From a bacterium (lineage in GTDB: Bacteria; Verrucomicrobiota; Verrucomicrobiia; Chthoniobacterales; UBA6821), in NCBI GenBank assembly GCA_037130175.1, contig JBAXTN010000004.1, forward strand, positions 45,606 to 109,605: DNA of 64,000 bases, given 5' to 3'. Both the position numbers and the translations under genes were made by a program. The notes under the pieces were generated by a model. The model did not search any database and was not told the DNA's origin. It saw nothing but the letters and a program-made list of their open reading frames with translations. Shown piece after piece: positions 21,880 to 30,419 of the stretch (position 1 is the stretch's first letter; the number at the start of each line of letters is the position of its first letter).

Positions 21880-22425
21880 ATGATCTCATCACCATCTGAT
21901 CCCCAGACTGAACTTCTGCAAAGCATTGCAACAAGCCTCAAGGGTATTCATTCCTCCCTCGATCGTCTTACAGAGGCAGTTGAGGGTGTTGCGGAATCAA
22001 TTGAAACGGCGCATGAGCCTGAGGGCGACCTCGGCCATCATCTGGTCGGTGCCCTGAAAGACATTTCCATCGCACTTCATAAACGAGCCCAGCAGGAACG
22101 CCTTCCCCAACCGCAACATCGACAGCATCAACCTCAGTATGCGCCTCGGCGTGATGAGAGATCACAGCAGAGAAATGATGAGCATGGAGATCTGGAGCGA
22201 CCAAATTATCGTCCTCCCTCTGATGAACTGGATTCCAATGATCCTGAAATCCCAGATCAAGGTGGACATTCAATTCCCTTCACGGAAGAGGCCTCCATCA
22301 CCCAGAATCCCCAGGCACAAGGACCTCGCCCTCGCAAGCCTCACCCCAACCGACGCAGGGGGGGAGCAGGTCATGGCCCCAAGCAGGTTTCTCACCAGGC
22401 CACCCCTGCTCAGGGAGCGGAGTAA
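21880..22425 (+). CDS. Hypothetical protein with a Gln/Pro/Arg/His-rich disordered C-terminal half
   Basis: I chose the internal ATG at 21880 to avoid overlap with the DUF1365 gene. About 70 aa of helical N-terminus, then low-complexity sequence (QQERLPQPQHRQHQPQYAPRRDERSQQRNDEH..). No family recognised. Confidence 0.4.
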   Translation: MISSPSDPQTELLQSIATSLKGIHSSLDRLTEAVEGVAESIETAHEPEGDLGHHLVGALKDISIALHKRAQQERLPQPQHRQHQPQYAPRRDERSQQRNDEHGDLERPNYRPPSDELDSNDPEIPDQGGHSIPFTEEASITQNPQAQGPRPRKPHPNRRRGGAGHGPKQVSHQATPAQGAE

Positions 22426-22492
22426 TACCATTTGCTCGCTGAGAGACAGGCAGCAATGAACCGCTGGGGTTCTGCTGCAAAAATGTCATGAC

Positions 22493-23221
22493 TCAGCGAC
22501 ACGCCGCCACAAAGCGTCTTACTTTTTCAGGATCTTTGCGGAAACGGATAGGTTTGCCCGAAGTATCCAGCAGATTGGTCGCCGTGCAGGTATCAACCCC
22601 GGCAGGGTGAGTGAAGTTGATTCCGTCGGCCACATTCTCCGGCGAAAGTCCACCTGCAAGGATCACGGGAATGGAACTCTGCATGACGAGATCGGCTGCC
22701 ACATTCCAGTCGCATACTTTGCCCGTGATGCCAACATGACCGGCCACCGGTTGCACCGCTCCGCTGACCAGCATCGTGTCGGTGAGGAACCAATCGCTTG
22801 CCGATTCAAGACAGCGGGCTAACTCAAGCGTAGGAACTTCCGTTCCGTAGGAAGGTTCCGCTATCGGAATGGTTCTCATGATCTCGACCTCGGGGAATCG
22901 CTTCCTAACGCCTGCTTGAAGGCTAATGCACAGATCAACCTTCCGTTCATCCACGGAAGTTCCATTGTTTAGAATCCCGCAAAAATGGATGATGTCAGGC
23001 TGATACCATTCGATCACACGATGGACAGCATCGGGATCTTCAAAAAGCGGGATGATGCTACTCTTGCATCCGGCCTGACGGATCGCCCCAACGGATTCCT
23101 TGAGTGCAGGGATCTTCCAATCCTGCACAGAAAGGATAACCCCTCCGATGTGATCGACGCCACATCGTGCCATGAGCTCAGCCTCATAAGGTGCTTGGAT
23201 TTCATAAATCTGGATAATCAT
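22493..23221 (-). CDS. Phosphoribosylanthranilate-isomerase-like TIM-barrel protein
   Basis: Start taken at MIIQIYEI (23221), which removes the overlap with the upstream gene. C-terminal GITGKVCDWN..IPVILAGGLSPENVADGI..PAGVDTCTATN matches the PRAI (TrpF) phosphate-binding pattern. No other trp genes are nearby. Confidence 0.55.
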   Translation of the reverse strand: MIIQIYEIQAPYEAELMARCGVDHIGGVILSVQDWKIPALKESVGAIRQAGCKSSIIPLFEDPDAVHRVIEWYQPDIIHFCGILNNGTSVDERKVDLCISLQAGVRKRFPEVEIMRTIPIAEPSYGTEVPTLELARCLESASDWFLTDTMLVSGAVQPVAGHVGITGKVCDWNVAADLVMQSSIPVILAGGLSPENVADGINFTHPAGVDTCTATNLLDTSGKPIRFRKDPEKVRRFVAACR

Positions 23222-23246
23222 CGCTGGGTCAACAGTGCGGGGTAAT

Positions 23247-24287
23247 CTATGCGGAGAGAAGCGGACGAAGGGTGGCCGCAAGATTCTCTCCCATCGTAAG
23301 ATGTCCATCGTCTGAGGGATGAAGCAGATCGACACTCAATCCAACCGTATCCTTGAGAATGGAATCAGCAGCAATGTGCCTGAGCATCGGATGATTTTTC
23401 CAAGCAATGTGATTCTTGATGATTTCCCGGAAAAGAGGTGTGTTGATCGCAGAGCAGTCCTGACGATCAAAGAGGTGGTCAGCCCTGTTGGTATAAATGT
23501 CGATCGTAAAAACCGGGCGAGCGGGATTTTTCGAATGAAGCAAATCAATCAACTCTTCGGCACGCTGACTGAACTCATCCGTGGTGGCATGTTCGGTCAT
23601 GTTAACCCCGAGTTCGAGGGTCGCAAAATCCCATACCGCAGAAGCAATATATTCTGCAGTTTCCCGTTCACACATGCAGGAACCAGGCAATCCCTTGTTC
23701 AAAACATCAACACCAAGTAGCAGTGCCGCCCGCTGCACATAAGCATTCGGAGCGAAGAGGACATTCCCTCCGAAAGTAATCGAGGAACCGTATGCCAGCC
23801 ATGTCCTGGCCGGGATCTCATCCTCCAGGGGAGGTCTCACCTCATGGCCGTAGGAATCGAGATGATGATAGAGAATCACTGCGTCCTGATTGAAAGTGAT
23901 ACGCCAAACCCTGGAAGAAAATCGATGGCGCCGGATCATGCCGGGATCGACCTGTTGAAAAAACGGGGGATCCTCCAAAAAGAGGGAGGTGACCACACCT
24001 GCCTTGAGGAAATGGCGTGAATGGGCTCTGTCGCCACAGTAGACAATCGCCTCAGAGTCCGCATCAAGGGATGACAGGGAAAGTCGGGAATATTTCCCCT
24101 CTGTCACAAACCGTAATTCACATCCGGAAGCACGATGGGAAAAGAAACGGCCTCTTGAATGATTCTTAAAACCGCAAACATTCCGAACCCAAGACGGAAA
24201 TCGCTGCAATCGAAGTCCTGAAAGTCCCGAAACGACCTCGAGTTCCTCGACATTATGGAAGGCAATCTGATCGTGAATCAATGGCAT
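23247..24287 (-). CDS. SGNH/GDSL-type hydrolase family protein
   Basis: 346 aa. The C-terminal half has AYGSSITFGG (block I Ser), GLPGSC and LHPSDDGH (DxxH block V). The N-terminal ~150 aa are unassigned. Confidence 0.6.
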   Translation of the reverse strand: MPLIHDQIAFHNVEELEVVSGLSGLRLQRFPSWVRNVCGFKNHSRGRFFSHRASGCELRFVTEGKYSRLSLSSLDADSEAIVYCGDRAHSRHFLKAGVVTSLFLEDPPFFQQVDPGMIRRHRFSSRVWRITFNQDAVILYHHLDSYGHEVRPPLEDEIPARTWLAYGSSITFGGNVLFAPNAYVQRAALLLGVDVLNKGLPGSCMCERETAEYIASAVWDFATLELGVNMTEHATTDEFSQRAEELIDLLHSKNPARPVFTIDIYTNRADHLFDRQDCSAINTPLFREIIKNHIAWKNHPMLRHIAADSILKDTVGLSVDLLHPSDDGHLTMGENLAATLRPLLSA

Positions 24288-24383
24288 GGTTAAAAATAAA
24301 TCAGAAATTCGGGTTTCATGAGAGGAAGCAAATCACCGTATGGATCACCTAACCTGTTCTGATTCAGTTTTGATAAAACGATT

Positions 24384-24458
24384 TGGCTCCAGCGGTAGGG
24401 CTCGAACCTACAACATGCGCATTAACAGTGCGCTGCTCTACCATTGAGCTACGCTGGA
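24384..24458 (-). tRNA. tRNA-Asn (anticodon GTT), CCA encoded
   Basis: The reverse complement folds as a cloverleaf: TCCAGCG-TA-GCTC-AATGGTA-GAGC-A-GCGCA-CTGTTAA-TGCGC-ATGTT-GTAGG-TTCGAGC-CCTAC-CGCTGGA-G-CCA. The anticodon loop is CT-GTT-AA. Confidence 0.95.
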
Positions 24459-24540
24459 ATGACAGGAAGAACGAGGAAACACCGCCTTGATTTACTTCGC
24501 AACAAAAAAACTCTAGATTGCACTTTCTTGGATCCTTTAA

Positions 24541-25608
24541 TCAGTGAGCGAAAAGGTCTTCCAGAATTTCGATAAGTTCCACGGTCTCGTGGGAGGAATG
24601 CCAGGGAAGATGATTTATGGTGGGTTTAGGGAGCAACCAGACTTGTTTGGGACTCCGTACCCAGGGTGCAAACATACCCTGATGTTTGCCTGAGAAGAGA
24701 ACGAGTGTCCTGCAATCGAGGGCCGTCGCTGCATGGGCAGCAGCGGTATCAACAGTCAGCACACATTTGGATCCAGCGAGCAGATCGATGAAATCCTGGA
24801 GATTTTCAGGTATGACGATCTTCACCTTGGAGTTAAACTCCGAGGATGCCGCCATTAATAGGTTCTTGAAATCTATCAGACGCTGCCCCTGATCTTTTGA
24901 GCCTGTGAGGACAAGCACTGGAAGCCTCCCTGCTCTGTGAATGGAGATGAAGAGTTCGACCCAACGATCAAGGGGATAATCTTTTTCAATTCCGCTGGAA
25001 AAGGGGGCGCAGACCCAGAACGGTGTATCCAGTGGCGGGAGCCCGACGGGATTGAGCTCCGGCCAGATCTCCCCGATGGCGACATCCCTGCCAAGAGCCT
25101 TGCTTACAAGGAGACGGTGAGCTTCAAGTTCGTTAGGAACTCCCTCGATTCTGTTCGGATAATCAATAATGCAGGGATGGAAGATGAGTTCAAAGGCCTT
25201 CTCCGTCCATCGACGAACCGGCCGCTTGGACTCCAAGAGTGGATTACTGCAAAGAAATCGTTGCCTCCCCCTGACACTAAAGAACAGAACGGTTTGGAGA
25301 TAATCCCTCATATTGCGGAGGGAAATAGAGACATCGACCCTTGTTTTCAGGAGGGTTATCCACGGGAAAAAGCAGTTCATGCAATTCGCCACAAACTTAT
25401 TGAGGATGACCCTCCTTGTTCTAAGAGGGAGTTTCACGATGGCTGCTTTGGGAAATTGTCCCCTCACCACGGACTCCATGATTGGAAGTACGGCAATTGT
25501 CAGATTTTCCTCGCCAAACTCGCCCCCCAGCAGGCGCACAACTCCCGTGGAGAGAAAGAAATCCCCGATACCGTCGGGTTTAAAGAGAAAACATCGACAT
25601 TGATTCAT
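24541..25608 (-). CDS. Glycosyltransferase family 9 (heptosyltransferase-like)
   Basis: 355 aa. N-terminal FKPDGIGDFFLSTGVVRLL and C-terminal LTVDTAAAHAATALDCRTLVLFSG match the GT9 pattern. Confidence 0.72.
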   Translation of the reverse strand: MNQCRCFLFKPDGIGDFFLSTGVVRLLGGEFGEENLTIAVLPIMESVVRGQFPKAAIVKLPLRTRRVILNKFVANCMNCFFPWITLLKTRVDVSISLRNMRDYLQTVLFFSVRGRQRFLCSNPLLESKRPVRRWTEKAFELIFHPCIIDYPNRIEGVPNELEAHRLLVSKALGRDVAIGEIWPELNPVGLPPLDTPFWVCAPFSSGIEKDYPLDRWVELFISIHRAGRLPVLVLTGSKDQGQRLIDFKNLLMAASSEFNSKVKIVIPENLQDFIDLLAGSKCVLTVDTAAAHAATALDCRTLVLFSGKHQGMFAPWVRSPKQVWLLPKPTINHLPWHSSHETVELIEILEDLFAH

Positions 25609-26069
25609 TTACCGGTCTGAGGAGTGTGATTCTTGAGCCACAACCTCACGATGCCCTTAATCCGCGTAAGAAGATAATAGACTGTTTGACTTCTCACCCT
25701 GACAAGTTCCGCGCCCACGATCGTTTTTACAATCTCATTGGGTATCGCAAGCACCTCTTCAGGAGATAGTGAATCAAGTCCTTTGCAGAGAATGGCACTC
25801 ATCGCCCTGGTCAGGGTCTGCACTTGTTTGCCGAGGGTAATACGAAAGTGACAGCGCCCCTCCTCAACCCGCAGGAAAACAGCGACCGTATCCGTGCACT
25901 CCTCATCCTTGCGAATATCTTCAAGATCAAAAACCTCTCCTTGCCTGGGTTCCTGAGAACTTGCCTGATCGGCATACGCTATCAGGGTTTCCCTCCTTTC
26001 CATCTCACTCAAAGAAGAAAAAAGATCGACCAATGCAGCAAGCTTTGGCGGAAAGCTCATCAAAGTCAT
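25605..26069 (-). CDS. SufE-like sulfur acceptor protein
   Basis: 154 aa. Its size, a single conserved-position Cys (DEECTDTVAV) and its location immediately after a rhodanese gene fit the SufE/Fe-S metabolism-associated domain. Recognition is moderate. Confidence 0.6.
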   Translation of the reverse strand: MTLMSFPPKLAALVDLFSSLSEMERRETLIAYADQASSQEPRQGEVFDLEDIRKDEECTDTVAVFLRVEEGRCHFRITLGKQVQTLTRAMSAILCKGLDSLSPEEVLAIPNEIVKTIVGAELVRVRSQTVYYLLTRIKGIVRLWLKNHTPQTGK

Positions 26070-26933
26070 TCAGATCGATCTCTCAATCGGAGCCCCCACA
26101 CGGTTTCCCCATTCGGTCCACGATCCGTCATAATTCCGAACTTTTTCAAAACCCAGTAAATATTTCAGTACGAACCATGTATGGCTGGATCGCTCTCCGA
26201 TGCGACAGTAGGCGATAATATCCTGATCGGGGTTCAAGTGCAGGTCTTCCTGATAGATCTTACGCAGTTCAGAGGCACTCTTGAAGGTGCCGTCCGTGTT
26301 GACGGCCTGCTTCCATGGAATGCTGCTGGCTCCGGGGATATGTCCGCCACGCAACACTCCCTCCTGAGGATACTCCGGCATGTGGGTCACCAACCCTTTG
26401 AATTCACCAGGAGAACGGACATCAATCAAAGGGGCACCATGTCGGCTCTGAGCCAGAGCCTGATCATAGAATGCACGGATCTCTTCATCCCTACGCAATT
26501 TTGGAACAGGATATGAAGTCGGTTGATATTCGGGTATTTCGCGAGTCAATGGACGCCCCTCGGCGATCCATTTATCTCGGCCTCCATCCATGATTTTCAC
26601 CTTTTCATGACCAAAAAGTCGAAAGACCCAAAGTGCGTAACAAGCCCACCAGTTGGATTTGTCTCCGTAAAAAACACAGGTGGTGTCGGATGCAATACCA
26701 TTTCTCTCGCAGAGAGCAGCGAATGCCCCGGTATCTATGTAATCCCGGATCGTCTGATCCTGGAGATCTTGCTGCCAGTCTATGTGAACAGCACCCGGGA
26801 TATGTGCCGTATCATATAGGAGAATATCCTCGTTGCTTTCAATGATACGGAGATTTTGATCCTTGAGGTGTTCGGCAACCCAAGCCGTGGTTACCAAAGC
26901 GTCAGGGCGGGCGTAGTTGTTGTCGATACTCAT
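26070..26933 (-). CDS. sseA: Thiosulfate/3-mercaptopyruvate sulfurtransferase (tandem rhodanese)
   Basis: 287 aa with two rhodanese domains and an active-site loop [11 protein letters not shown]. Confidence 0.88.
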   Translation of the reverse strand: MSIDNNYARPDALVTTAWVAEHLKDQNLRIIESNEDILLYDTAHIPGAVHIDWQQDLQDQTIRDYIDTGAFAALCERNGIASDTTCVFYGDKSNWWACYALWVFRLFGHEKVKIMDGGRDKWIAEGRPLTREIPEYQPTSYPVPKLRRDEEIRAFYDQALAQSRHGAPLIDVRSPGEFKGLVTHMPEYPQEGVLRGGHIPGASSIPWKQAVNTDGTFKSASELRKIYQEDLHLNPDQDIIAYCRIGERSSHTWFVLKYLLGFEKVRNYDGSWTEWGNRVGAPIERSI

Positions 26934-27010
26934 GACTGAGTAGCGTAGATGGTTGATTCCCCACGGTCAAATCTACAAGAGATATGGATGAAGATTTCAG
27001 GTCATCACAT

Positions 27011-27043
27011 AAAAAAACGGGTGCCGGAAACATCCGGCACCCG
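27011..27043 (-). terminator. Rho-independent terminator after the rpmB / small-ORF unit
   Basis: On the minus strand there is an 11-bp perfect stem (CGGGTGCCGGA / TCCGGCACCCG), a 4-nt loop and then GTTTTTTT. It lies 33 nt downstream of the stop at 27076. Confidence 0.8.
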
Positions 27044-27075
27044 TATCCTCGGGGAGGAAATTAACTCCGACGGAT

Positions 27076-27279
27076 CTATTTCTTCTTTTTCAGAAGAGGA
27101 AGACCTGTCCGTTCGTTTTCTGAAATCTCGTATCCTGCGGGAAGTGCGTCAAGGGCTCCTTCCTTTGCCTCACCACCGAAGTAGTAGAGGGTCACTTTCT
27201 GACCGCCACGAAGCTCCTGAAGGCGGTGGTGGAGAAAATAGGTTTTGCCGCTTTTTTTGCTAACAACGCTGAATGCCAT
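27076..27279 (-). CDS. Small hypothetical protein (67 aa) co-oriented with rpmB
   Basis: The ORF lies between rpmB and a strong terminator. The sequence looks globular and ends in KKKK. No family recognised. Confidence 0.5.
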   Translation of the reverse strand: MAFSVVSKKSGKTYFLHHRLQELRGGQKVTLYYFGGEAKEGALDALPAGYEISENERTGLPLLKKKK

Positions 27280-27317
27280 ATTGTTGATGAGTTTGGGGTT
27301 TTGGGTGGGGTGATTTA

Positions 27318-27581
27318 CTAAATGATTCCTGCTTTCGAGAGCGTAGCATGAGCACCGTTCTTCGAAATTGTTTTCAAGGCCCGTGCCGTCACCTTGACGG
27401 TGACAAATTTTTTCAACTCGGGAACCCAGATCCGCTTGGTCTTGAGATTAGGCGTGAAATAGCGTGGTGTCACTGCTGTGACATGCATACCGATGCCCCC
27501 CTTCTTTTTGGCGAGACCTCGACGGTGAATTTTGGATCCGCGAACTGGACGGGAACCGGTGATGGAGCACTTTCTGGACAT
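27318..27581 (-). CDS. rpmB: 50S ribosomal protein L28
   Basis: 87 aa. The MSRKCSITGSRPVRGSKI.. N-terminus and basic composition are typical of L28. Confidence 0.88.
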   Translation of the reverse strand: MSRKCSITGSRPVRGSKIHRRGLAKKKGGIGMHVTAVTPRYFTPNLKTKRIWVPELKKFVTVKVTARALKTISKNGAHATLSKAGII

Positions 27582-27654
27582 AAATAGATGACGAATGAAG
27601 GTGAGATATGGTCAGTTTCAAGCAATATGGTCAAGAGTTTTTGAATCCAAGCTT

Positions 27655-28392
27655 TCAGATATTTTTCAGCACTTCTTCCTGCTTGAGCACAATTTCCGTG
27701 ATTCCACGCCGACCGTATTCAAGCATTTCTGCGAGTTGTGACTCCCCAAAGACACTCTCCTCTCCCGAAGCTTGAAGCTCGATGAACTCCGATTCTCCGG
27801 TCATGACAAGGTTGAGATCGACCTCCGCATCCTTGTCCTCAAGGTAATCGAGATCCAGCAGGACTTGTGATCCGACAACGCCGATACTCACCGCGGCAAT
27901 GCGTCGTGATATGGGTGATTTTGATAATTTGCCATCCTCAACAAGGCGATTGCAGGCTATTGCCATCGCAACACTGGCGCCGGTAATCGAGGCTGTACGG
28001 GTTCCTCCGTCAGCCTGAAGCACATCACAATCCACCCAGAGCGTCCTTGAACCAAGTGCCTCAAGATCGATGCCGGCTCGGAGGGATCGCCCGATGAGGC
28101 GTTGGATCTCCGTGGAACGGCCATCGATTTTTCCACGCGTGCTGTCGCGTGATTTGCGGGGAGTCGTCGAGTAGGGCAACATGGAATATTCTGCTGTCAA
28201 CCATCCCCCGGCAACCCCCTGCTCCTTCATCCATCGCGGCACCCCCTCTTCGATGCTTGCGGCACAGATCACTCGGGTGTTTCCAAACGATACCAAAACA
28301 GATCCTGACGCATGGGGTGCTATACCGGGTTGAAAAGAAATCTCGCGTAGTTGATCTGCGGACCGACCGCTGTGGCGTGGTGATGTGCTCAT
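27655..28392 (-). CDS. rph: Ribonuclease PH
   Basis: 245 aa. GRSADQLREI, GSVLVSFGNTRVICAA, LQADGGTRTASITGA and LNLVMT motifs. Confidence 0.93.
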   Translation of the reverse strand: MSTSPRHSGRSADQLREISFQPGIAPHASGSVLVSFGNTRVICAASIEEGVPRWMKEQGVAGGWLTAEYSMLPYSTTPRKSRDSTRGKIDGRSTEIQRLIGRSLRAGIDLEALGSRTLWVDCDVLQADGGTRTASITGASVAMAIACNRLVEDGKLSKSPISRRIAAVSIGVVGSQVLLDLDYLEDKDAEVDLNLVMTGESEFIELQASGEESVFGESQLAEMLEYGRRGITEIVLKQEEVLKNI

Positions 28393-28436
28393 GAAGCGGG
28401 CAGCCTTTCCTCTCCATCCGAAGAGCGCAAGGAAAA

Positions 28437-30419
28437 CTATCTTGGTATTACTATCGGCGAGGAATAGTTGATCTGCGGAGTAGCCGGATTGTCTCTGAGT
28501 GACTGGTGCGCAAGCAGGGAGGGAAGAATGTGCTGACGGACATACTGCGCCATTCTGGGATCCCCCGTGGCTTGAAAAACCTCTGCGGACTTTGTGGCGA
28601 CAAGGAGGGCCTGTTCAAAATCACCCACCTCGGCGTATGCAGCGCTCAAGGTAAGAAGGAAAAGAGGCACCTGACCTTGGGTTGCTTCCACAATTCCCCG
28701 TGCCAAGGCAAGAGCTTCCGCACCGTGACGCACGGTGTCATCAGGATGGGTGCCCAGCAACCAGGCCAGGGAACGCTGGTTCTGTAGATCATGCGGATCA
28801 ATCTGCATCGCAAAGCGATAGACTTGTGCGGCTTGCGAGGGGTTTGAACTCGTCAAAAGCAACGCCGCGAGATTTCGTGCCGCACCGGAAGTGGGACGAA
28901 TTTGAAGTGAAAGCTGAAAAGAGGCAATGGCTTCCTGATTGCGTCCCAGCTTCATCAGCGTCAGTGCCCTATCGTTGTAAGCTTCCGCATTGGAAGGTCG
29001 CAGACGGATAGCTTCCTCAAATTCGCGGAGTGCCTCGGGATATTTGCCCTGGGCATCAAGTGTGCATGCATAATTATGACGAGATTTCCAACTCTTGGGA
29101 TTGCAACTCAGCGTTGAGGGGAAAAAGTTCTCACCATCCCTCCATTGAGGCAGCCTGAGAAGAGTTAGCAAAGTCCAGGAGGAAATCAGCACCAACGGTA
29201 ACAGCACGGCGAGCCTTAAGGGAAGCTGACATACAGCCAAGGCCATCCCTAAAGCGACTCCCAACATCCCGAGGTAAAGGTAGTGATCACTTACTGTCGA
29301 AACGATCTGAAAATTAAAAGGAATAAATCCCAGCGTGGGCAGGACTCCTATTACTAAAACTCCCAGAGGAATCAGGTACCGCCTGAGCCTTTCAACATAA
29401 ATCAATGCCAGGGACAATCCGACCGGCAGCATCCATGTCCAGAACAGCACTCCCGACGCCAGCACGGCATTGGGAGATCTTCCGTAGTCGGCACAAAGGC
29501 TCCATGGCCAAGCAGGCCATAGAAGCTTGCCGAGATAAAAGCTGATTGCATCGAACGCCACAAATGGCCTCGCCCAAAAGGGAACCAAGGATCGGGCCAA
29601 TTCTGCCGCAGGCTGTGACTTCGAGGTCATCATGACTTCAACCACAGCCAGGAGGAACCAGGGTATGAGCCAATAAAGCCTGCTCAAGGGATAGTGCCGG
29701 GAACGAAGCAGCGAAACTCCAAGGAGCAGGGCGAGGGCCGGCGTCACCACACTCCCCGGCTTCGAGCCAAAAGCCAAAATTAGAAATCCTGTGGCAGACA
29801 AGTACAGGAGGAACTGCTTCAAGGGACGGGACTCCTCAAGCAGGGAGAGAAAGCAGGCTATGGCCGCCAGGGCAAAGACTCCTCCCAAGAGATCCCTCAG
29901 TCCGGAAACCCAAGCCACAGGCTCCACTTGAACGGGATGCAAGGCAAAGGCAAGTGCCCCGGCAACACAAGCCCACAAGATCCGCTCAGGGGATGCCTTA
30001 AGCGACGAATCATCCGCCGTTTGCGTGGCAAGTAACCGCCTAAGGATAATAAAAACAATCCCCGTTGAAAAAAGGTGCACCAGAAGATTGGCCCCATGAA
30101 AAAGCACGGGGTTAATGGGGCCGAAACTAATGCTAGTTCCTGCAAGGATACGGGACATTGCCACGAGTCCACCCCATACGGTATAAGTCACAGGAATATA
30201 GAGCTGCTGAAATGGGGCCTTCCAGAACAGAACGATGCTTTCCCAGGAAAGCGGGGAATAGAGCGGGTTGCGATGGATATTGGTGTCATCGTCCCAGAAC
30301 GGCAGGAAGTGAAAGCTGCAAACTTCACCATAGACGGCCGCGACGATCAGCAGCATTGACCCCACGAGGATTATCCTGGACCGGAAGACCCCTTGCAGTA
30401 GCACCCAAAAGCGTTGCAT
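28437..30419 (-). CDS. Polytopic membrane protein with C-terminal TPR repeats (TMTC/PMT-like putative glycosyltransferase)
   Basis: Start placed at MQRFWVLL (30419), giving a TGATG stop/start overlap with the upstream amidohydrolase. About 10 or more hydrophobic helices are followed by TPR units (YACTLDAQGKYPEALREFEEAIRLRPSNAEAYNDRALTLMKLGRNQEAIASFQLSLQIRP..). Confidence 0.65.
   Translation of the reverse strand: MQRFWVLLQGVFRSRIILVGSMLLIVAAVYGEVCSFHFLPFWDDDTNIHRNPLYSPLSWESIVLFWKAPFQQLYIPVTYTVWGGLVAMSRILAGTSISFGPINPVLFHGANLLVHLFSTGIVFIILRRLLATQTADDSSLKASPERILWACVAGALAFALHPVQVEPVAWVSGLRDLLGGVFALAAIACFLSLLEESRPLKQFLLYLSATGFLILAFGSKPGSVVTPALALLLGVSLLRSRHYPLSRLYWLIPWFLLAVVEVMMTSKSQPAAELARSLVPFWARPFVAFDAISFYLGKLLWPAWPWSLCADYGRSPNAVLASGVLFWTWMLPVGLSLALIYVERLRRYLIPLGVLVIGVLPTLGFIPFNFQIVSTVSDHYLYLGMLGVALGMALAVCQLPLRLAVLLPLVLISSWTLLTLLRLPQWRDGENFFPSTLSCNPKSWKSRHNYACTLDAQGKYPEALREFEEAIRLRPSNAEAYNDRALTLMKLGRNQEAIASFQLSLQIRPTSGAARNLAALLLTSSNPSQAAQVYRFAMQIDPHDLQNQRSLAWLLGTHPDDTVRHGAEALALARGIVEATQGQVPLFLLTLSAAYAEVGDFEQALLVATKSAEVFQATGDPRMAQYVRQHILPSLLAHQSLRDNPATPQINYSSPIVIPR

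Noticed and set aside
22450-22478. Hairpin (GCAGCA..GAACC-GCTGG-GGTTC-TGCTGC) between convergent genes, as a possible terminator
   Set aside because: It is followed by an A-run on the plus strand and by non-U sequence on the minus strand, so it is not a canonical intrinsic terminator in either direction.
24288-24540. tRNA-Asn as a possible integration hotspot or genomic-island border
   Set aside because: There is no integrase, no direct repeat of the tRNA 3' end and no obvious compositional break in the flanks. The neighbouring genes are ordinary metabolic genes.
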